In this document: positions 56,670 through 64,000 of the stretch, piece after piece
How positions within the stretch are numbered: the first letter of the stretch is position 1
How the letters are laid out: every line of letters begins with the position of its first letter
DNA from: Schizochytrium sp. TIO01
Lineage: Eukaryota; Protista; Bigyra: Labyrinthulomycetes
Length of the DNA stretch: 64,000 bases
Reading direction: 5' to 3'
NCBI GenBank assembly: GCA_004764695.1
Contig: SMSO01000006.1
Span: 573,859 to 637,858, forward strand
Made by a program: the position numbers and the translations under genes
Notes under the pieces: model-generated
Database searches by the model: none
The model's input: only the letters and a program-made list of their open reading frames with translations
Told to the model about the DNA's origin: nothing

Positions 56670-58136
56670 AAACAGCACTTCGTACCTTAGTATAAAGTTC
56701 TGTCAACTCTCACATATGGGGGTCTTTCTTCATTTAATATTTAAACTTTTGAGTTAATTCATGAAAATTGGCTCAACTCGGTGCGTGCCTTTCTTCACTT
56801 TGGTTTATTGCCGGGATATAGTCCGACAGGATCGCCAGTGGGACTTAAATACAAGATCCGCTCGGTGCGTATTGTCTGGACTTTGCACTTGATTTACGCT
56901 TCTTCATAAGCAAGTGCTTAATCTAATCGGGCTGATTGAGGCATTCTGAATAGTATAATAATAGACAGTAAGTAGTTAGTGGCTTGAAGTTGTATTGTAC
57001 TTTAGTAGTTACGGTTTACGTCGACTTTTAAGAAAAATATCGAGCTCTTCTCCTCATTGCCTGCACTTGTTCTTCTCGTTCGCAAAAAGACCTCCCCGGA
57101 GTCAAGACGATAATTTCTTCACGCAGGTGCCAAAAGCATGCTAACTTTTAATAACTACACCTATGTATGACGATTATCAAAATAAAGATATGTTTCCTCC
57201 TTTCCACAACCTTTCCCTCCCTCCGCGAATTTCCACGCTACAGGGTACTGAAGCTGAGGGTGCTTTGTGTGGTCGAGATGCGGCTTCCTTTCCCATCGCA
57301 CGTGCAGACATACATTCATACATCCATACATACAGCCGACTAATAGCACACTACGGGTCTGGGAAGAGAAATCTCATCGATTCGGTCCCCCGGCACGATT
57401 AAAACTTTCGAAGACGCTGGCAGTCTCCACTGTCGTCTACGCTGCTCCCATCCAGCTCATGCCTTTCGCCAGTCAGTCAGTCAACCTGCCCTGAAATGTA
57501 GTAATACGAGAACGTTCGTAGGTATACATACATATATATATACAGACAGGCAGGCACGCAGAGAGTAGATAACGCCACAGTAGTCTCGTGTTTGAGGCAA
57601 ACCCTGAAAGCACATCTGTGTCCTCCCCACGAGTTGGACTTCACGTGAGTTAGTTCATTCTCCCGTCGACTGCGCTGTTTATGCATGCAGATGAATGAGG
57701 TGCGGGTCCTTCTCCAGCAGGTCGAGCTTGGAGAAGCGATACGAGAAGTTGCAGCATGGCTTCTGGCTTGGAGCTATGGCAGGCGCTGGAGGCGGCGAGA
57801 TAGGTTAGATTAGATAGATTTCATTCACGTCATGCTCGCGAAGAAAGAAGCGTGTCTTGGAAGCTCATTGTGGCAAGCCTCACTTCCTTCTTGAGTAGGA
57901 GATGTAGGAAGGAGGGAGGGTTGGTAGTAGCTGAAGGGCGCTCTGCTTCCGAACGGTGATGATGAGGATGATGGTGATGATGAAAATGAAAATGATGCCG
58001 AAGAGAACCAACCCAAAGTGGTTGGAGAGAACACGAACCGGTGCATCGAGTTGGAGAGAAGAGACTGGCTGACTTCGTGCTATTTTAGTGCAGTGAGTTA
58101 GTTGAATTGGTGCAATGACTTGTTTGGGTCGGCTGA

Positions 58137-58367
58137 TGAATGAATGAATGAATGAATGAATGAATGAATGAATGAATCAATCAATCAATCAATGAATGAA
58201 TCAATGAATCAATCAATGAATGAATCAATCAATCAATGAATCAATCAATGAATGATTGAATGAATCAATCAATCAATGAATGAATCAATGAATCAATGAA
58301 TCAATCAATGAATGATTGAATGAATCAATCAATCAATGAATGATTGAATGAATCAATCAATCAATGA
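58137..58367. repeat. Compound (AATG)/(AATC) microsatellite with higher-order structure
   Basis: About 57 tetramers; an ATTG variant recurs at 58255, 58315 and 58343. Confidence 0.95.
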
Positions 58368-60069
58368 AAGAAAGCACCTCTGCGGGTACCCATCTATAGC
58401 TAGCTAAAAAGAGGCAGAGTGTAGAGTACAGGTAATTAATTCAATTGGGGCGAAATCAAATCAGCACGACGTAAAGGTAGTGCAAGTGAGCAAACAAACA
58501 GCTTGAAGAAACCTGTCTGACAGCGCGTGGGCGTCTTTGCCAGGCCACCTATTCTGCTGCTGCTGCTGCTGCTAGTCCTGGCAATCTTGACTGACTGTCT
58601 AAGTAAACGAGTGAGTGAGTGAGTGAGTGAGTGAACGAAGCTGGTAGCTCTGCCTGGGATAGGCAGGTCATCAACGCATTCTCAGTTTCATTGAGACCTG
58701 AAAGAAACAAACTCAAGGCAACTCGACGTGAGGACTGTCACTGCCGGGTACAAACAAACCCACACCAAGGAGCAAAACCGTTGCAGCCCAAATCATTAGC
58801 ACCTCCCCTCCAGGTTGCAAATTGACCGAGCCTCGTGCACATCTCGTCGATATTTAGGAAATGCAAGGAGTACGCAGGACACGAAACAAAATAACAATGG
58901 CTGGCAGGCCCCTCCTGAGGAGAAGACAAATACCTCGCTCGTTATACCTGCCCAGTGACTGTCGAGTGATCGATCGATTGTTTTGGCTTTGGTCTTCCTC
59001 CGCCCAAGTTGCTGCCTTTGTTTTAACTTGCTGCTCGATCAGTCTCTCAGTCAGTCTCCAAGAACTCCTTCTCGCTCACGATGCACGTGAGTCATCCTTC
59101 AAATGAACTTCATAAACCCTCTGCGGCAGATTAAAAAAACAAAAACAAAAACAAAAACAAACAAAAACAAACAAAAAACAAGAACCATGAGGCCAGGTAC
59201 TCACTCACTCCATAATGCACAGAAGAAGCTAGTTAGCTGGCTAGCTAGCACTTGGTAGCCAGCCCTCTTCGGCACGTAAAAAGCAGTGGAGATGAGTAAG
59301 AAATAATGGTAAATTAGAACATAAGAAAGAACAAAGTAAGTAAGAGCATCAATAAATGGCCTACCATGAGAAGGTAACAGCAGCGGCCAAGTTCAGGTCA
59401 AGACTGCTCCGCTTCACCAGCTCGCAGTTTGGGGAGAGGCGCTGCAGGCTGCGTAAAGTGATGGTGCCCTGCGTGCGTGCCGGTGGAGAGCGTAGCGTCG
59501 CGCGTGGAGGACCTGCTGGAGCTCGGCATTTTGGCCACGCAGAGAATGCAATGTCCATTTCTCACGATAAGAATGTCCGCGCTATAACTTGTGGACTACT
59601 TTTTTACTCTTTATTCTGCGGTGATGAGGTCAATTCTATTCTTTTAATTACTAAAATAATGAACAAAATGAAACCAAAACGTTTTTGTTTTCGTTTGTTT
59701 TTCAAGTCACGTTTTCCATATCACCTACAAAGAGGTTGTTTTTTATTAAAGTAAAGTTTACAATCACATGCAAAGGCGAGTTGACCTGACAAAGAGAACT
59801 AGCTCGATGACCCTTTTGTTTTTATTTTTGTTTGGTTTTGCTTTTGTTTTCTTGCAGAGAAGCGCTACGCAGTCTTCCGCCTGGGAGCCTGGAGCTCACA
59901 TACATTTGACATGGTGCAGATTGAGGATTAGATCGATTGCGATTGTAGTAGTAGGCTATTTCCATTCCATTTCAATGATCCCCGTAAAGTCATTGCAGTC
60001 TGCCGAGTCTGTTAAGTTTTTGCCCCCTCCTTGCTTCCACTTCCCTCATTTCCTCCTTTTGTCGCTTTA

Positions 60070-60101
<32 letters not shown>

Positions 60102-60848
60102 TTTCTTTTCTTTCTTCCTTTTCTTTCTCTTCTTTGCTTTCTTCGTTGTTCTAGTTCCTCCGTTCCAGTCCATCTTCTTCGTTCATTCGCGCCGCAAATT
60201 GTCGCGGCCAATCTCGAAGCTGAGCGAGACGAGAGCAGACGCGCCAGAGGACTGGCAAGCTGGACGCGGAGGCCTTGCGAGGCGAACTCACAACCGGCAC
60301 AGCTTTGTGGAGAGGAGGAGTCCAGCCAGAGCTCTTGCTTGCTTGCCTGCCTGCCTGCCTTAAAGTAGACAGCGTTACTTTGCCCCAGCTGAGCTAGCTC
60401 ACAGGTTTGCAATTAGAAACCAGAAATAACAAGACGTGTAAGCTTCGAGTCCAGCCACAGCAAATCGGTAAACCTCAAGGGAAGCTTGGCGTGGTCTTTG
60501 AGTTGCCAAGGCGCTGCCGGTCTGCGAAAAGTGCAGAGTTTAGCTGTGATTTTCGTCGCGTCCTAGCGGCCTCGCAGCGGATAAAGCGGGCTTGTACGCG
60601 GAAGCATCGCCGACTTTACTCTCAACAAAGGTGCCAGCTATTAAGCTCAGCTGCTGTTGGTCTGCAAAGTTTGTACTGAGATTAGGTCCGTTGTTTCACA
60701 CAGGGTAATAGACGGCGCAAGGCAAAGGCTAGAGTACTTACAGCAAGGAGGCTTTTCGAAACAGTGTGGTAATTGATTAGGCATTTTACCGATTGATTGG
60801 CCGATCGGCATTTGTTGAAATTTCGACGAAGAGTCTCAATTAAATAAG

Positions 60849-62177
60849 ATGGAGGGCTTCAAGTCTTGCACAGGGATGCTCGACCGCTTCTCAAACCAGG
60901 GCTATGAGAGCCATACGGGCAAAATTACAGCCCCTTTTGGCTGGTGGTCTCCCACGTACCTTTATGATTATGTGGCGCTTATTGTCCTACTTTACATGCT
61001 GGTTCAACCCTTTACCGTGTTTAACGTTTACACTACAAGCGTCTTTGATCTCTCGGACGAGGGCGTGCAGCGACCCTTGTATGATGATCAGCTCACCGTT
61101 GAAGAGATTGCCATTATGATCATTGTCCCGAGCGCCTTCATGTATGCAGTGTTTTTCGTTCGCCGGCTCGACTGGCTTGAGGACCTGCATTCAATCTTCT
61201 GCACCCTCGCTGCTGCGCTTATGATTTCCAACTTTTGCTACTTCACTCTCAAGACTGCCGTGAGTCGTCCACGCCCTGATGTCGTGGCCCGCTGCGCTCC
61301 CGCCTGTCTGCAAAATATCACTTGGATGTGCACCACTGTTGATAACTACAACGTTCCTGAACTATGTGCAGACAGCACTTGCTGCCCAATCCAATGTGGT
61401 GTTGTGGATCCACGCTACAAGCCAGGCACCGCTGTGACTTGCCCCATCACGGATACCCCGTTGTGGCAAGCCTGTGGTAGCTTGTGGGGCCGTTTGATCA
61501 CAGTTGAAGAAGCTGATTGCCGTGGTTCCCCTGGTGACGGTGTTTACTCCCCTTACACGATTCAGCAGGGTTTCACAAGTTTCCCAAGTGGTCATGTTAT
61601 TAACATTTCTGGTGTTTTCATGTTCAACTGGCTTTACCTTGCAGGTAAGATGCAAGTGTATGGACGTAATATTCAGCAACGCATGCTTTTACCTGGATTT
61701 GCCTTCATGAGTGCTTTTGCATTTGCTGTACTCTTTGTTATCGAGACACGCATTTCCAACAACAAGCACCGTATTTCTGATTGCATTGCTGGCTTCCTTG
61801 TTGGTGTTGTGCCGATGTGGTTCGTCTATCCTATTTACTTTCAATCGATCTTCCTTGGTGGCGAGCCTCTACGCCGCCCTAAGATGCGTTGTATGAACAT
61901 GCTTTCGCACCTGTGCTGCCGCGATCGCGCTCTTCAGCAGCCCTGGCCGCAGGAGGGATGGCTTCCCCTCCCGGTCCTTCGGAAGCAATCTTCAGAGGAT
62001 CTTGAGGATAACCAGGGAATTATTGGATCCACAAACTCTGCTTCTGTGGAAACTAACAAAGATGTCGATGCTGGCTCCACATCCCTTGCCAAAACCGATG
62101 TTGACGGGGTTGAGCTCGAAGCCACGGATGCAACTATGACAGAGAACAGCCAGCAGCGTGCGATGGCACAAGTGTAA
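60849..62177 (+). CDS. PAP2-family lipid phosphate phosphatase
   Basis: All three catalytic motifs present: KTAVSRPRP (Kx6RP), SFPSGH, TRISNNKHRISD (Rx5Hx3D); about six TM helices. Confidence 0.93.
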   Translation: MEGFKSCTGMLDRFSNQGYESHTGKITAPFGWWSPTYLYDYVALIVLLYMLVQPFTVFNVYTTSVFDLSDEGVQRPLYDDQLTVEEIAIMIIVPSAFMYAVFFVRRLDWLEDLHSIFCTLAAALMISNFCYFTLKTAVSRPRPDVVARCAPACLQNITWMCTTVDNYNVPELCADSTCCPIQCGVVDPRYKPGTAVTCPITDTPLWQACGSLWGRLITVEEADCRGSPGDGVYSPYTIQQGFTSFPSGHVINISGVFMFNWLYLAGKMQVYGRNIQQRMLLPGFAFMSAFAFAVLFVIETRISNNKHRISDCIAGFLVGVVPMWFVYPIYFQSIFLGGEPLRRPKMRCMNMLSHLCCRDRALQQPWPQEGWLPLPVLRKQSSEDLEDNQGIIGSTNSASVETNKDVDAGSTSLAKTDVDGVELEATDATMTENSQQRAMAQV

Positions 62178-62317
62178 TTGAAGACATCAATTATCCATGT
62201 TGTTTTCTCATCCATCCGATTCTATACTCTTGTGAGTTCAAGTGTGGTAAAAATTCGTCTGTCAATATAATTAGATTGGCCGCAAGTATGTCACCCGACA
62301 ATCGTTTCTCACAACTC

Positions 62318-62353
<36 letters not shown>

Positions 62354-63551
62354 ATCAGCGATGCTGTTCTCGTGAGACATCCAAAACAATACGGCGCTTG
62401 TCTCCACCCGAACCTTGCAGTATCTATCTGGAGCATATATATATTTCCGTGCGTTGCATCACCCGATCGCTACACATTGCCTTCTAAGCTCGAGTTCATC
62501 ACTTCACACGTTGTTTGACATGAGCCTGCCTCGCAAACTCACGCATAATGAGTTTAGGCTTTGAACACAATCTTCAGTAAAACAAAAGCGGTGCGAGCTT
62601 GTGATTGCTATGCTTCATGATTCGGATTTAGCTTAGAGTCTTTTGGAGCGTAGACAAGTGGTGAAGTTTGTCTGACCATCCATGCATACAGAAACTTGTG
62701 TGGTGTGGAACGAAGGCAACTGGGATAGGTTCACAATGAATTTATTTGTATTTGCTTGCGAGGGTACCATTCAGGAGTTTTTCGCATCACAGATAACCCG
62801 TTTGTTAATGATTAACACCTCTTTTTCAGAATAAATTAATAACGAACTGAACACAGTACTTTAATGAAGTTTGAAAGTATACCATATGTTTCAGATATAT
62901 ACACTTGTCCTTAAAATGGACATTGCATCGTTTGGGTTAACGCGGCACTCATGATTGGAAAGAGAGAATTCCAAAAATTTAGGTTGTTAGGTGTTTCCCA
63001 TAAAATTGAACTTGCAACAAATTCAGGGTAGTAAAGATTTGCTGCTGGTTCAATTAGGAAGTTGCATATAAAACATAAAAGAAGTTGCAGCCTCAAACAA
63101 TTTTACTTTGTTACATATATTGCTAAGTTAGAGTGTAGTGCAAGAGTTGGATTTACTATAGTAACAATATTAATAGTTAATGCATTATCTTGTGAATATT
63201 GCCACTTATAAATGGCAGCCTCATATAATGTCAAATCAACATTGCTTATGACGATTGTGAAGACTGACACGTTTCTGAACTCAGAAGATCAAAATCATCA
63301 ACTGGTCTCACAACTCACTAGGAACTGTGCAGCCTCGCGCATATTTTTCGTTTAACAACACATAGAAAATGTAAAGCGATTACAATGATACAATCATGGC
63401 GAGGGAGGATATTTCCAATTCGCTTTGTAACATGTTTCATCAAAAGTGGCTCTTCTCTTGAATGTTGCTACCGAGGAATATCTGAAGTGGGTTGTAAGAT
63501 ATTGAAAAACAACTACTATATCTAAGCAATTATGCGGGCATCAAGAATTTG

Positions 63552-64000
63552 CTATTTGATGTATGAAAAAAAGTCGGAGTGGGCTTGAGAGGTTTGCACT
63601 TGTAAGCGACTAATTGAGTCTTGAACGAGTTCACCATCAAGCACTAGTCGGCCTGGAATAGAGCCTTTTGATTGTGGTGCCTCCATCCGAAAGGCCTTCG
63701 CACGAATTCTTTCCCAACCAGGTACTTCGAACTGTTGCCCACTTTCAAGTGCAAGCAAGCCCCTAGTAAAATTGATGCGGTTGATATCTCGGACAAGCAC
63801 AATTTCAATACATCCGTTGTCTGGTTGCGCGTCGTGTATGAGATGCTGGTCTGAAGCAGGGTGGCTTGTGTTCATCGCCCACATCAACAAAAAGGTTCCA
63901 GACATGGTTTGCCAGGATTCTGGCGTCTCATCTTTTACATCTAACCCGGCATCGTAATAATCTCCTGAAGAAGTCAAGTGCTCGCTACTATCATTATGGG
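63552..64000 (-). CDS. Sphingosine kinase / DAG-kinase-family protein, C-terminal part (truncated by window edge)
   Basis: FLLMWAMN...DAQPDNGCIEIVLVR...LLALESGQQ...AKAFRME...LVLDGELV matches the sphingosine kinase C-terminal domain; the frame is open to 64000. Confidence 0.8.
   Translation of the reverse strand, partial: HNDSSEHLTSSGDYYDAGLDVKDETPESWQTMSGTFLLMWAMNTSHPASDQHLIHDAQPDNGCIEIVLVRDINRINFTRGLLALESGQQFEVPGWERIRAKAFRMEAPQSKGSIPGRLVLDGELVQDSISRLQVQTSQAHSDFFSYIK

Noticed and set aside
1-64000. Transposon, endogenous virus, stop-codon recoding or selenoprotein system
   Set aside because: No transposase, RT, integrase or capsid motifs and no LTR/TIR pairs seen. Interrupted frames contain all three stops plus frameshifts while real genes use the standard code, which fits decay rather than recoding.

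Overview
Eukaryotic nuclear DNA with mostly intronless genes, one clear GT-AG intron, Kozak-like starts and microsatellite-rich intergenic DNA. The style suggests a thraustochytrid/labyrinthulomycete stramenopile (inference, not verified). Fifteen genes are supportable: QDPR, SLC35F5-like transporter, FANCF-like protein, ARL13-like GTPase fused to a Cys4 module and tandem Tudor-like repeats, RGS-domain GRK-type kinase, four-repeat PUR protein, HAUS3, mitochondrial ATP synthase d, MSH3, DHYC palmitoyltransferase, FAM13/RhoGAP-like protein, PDK/BCKDK-family kinase, NHL-repeat protein, PAP2 lipid phosphatase and a partial sphingosine/diacylglycerol kinase. A ~16 kb gene-free interval (15.4-31.3 kb) holds simple repeats and possible eroded coding fragments. 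I found no tRNA, rRNA, CRISPR array, transposase or viral gene, and no convincing multi-gene novel system. The best leads are unusual protein architectures: ARL13-Tudor, four-repeat PUR, GRK with a large activation-segment insert, and a divergent FANCF. All family calls come from by-eye motif recognition, not database searches.
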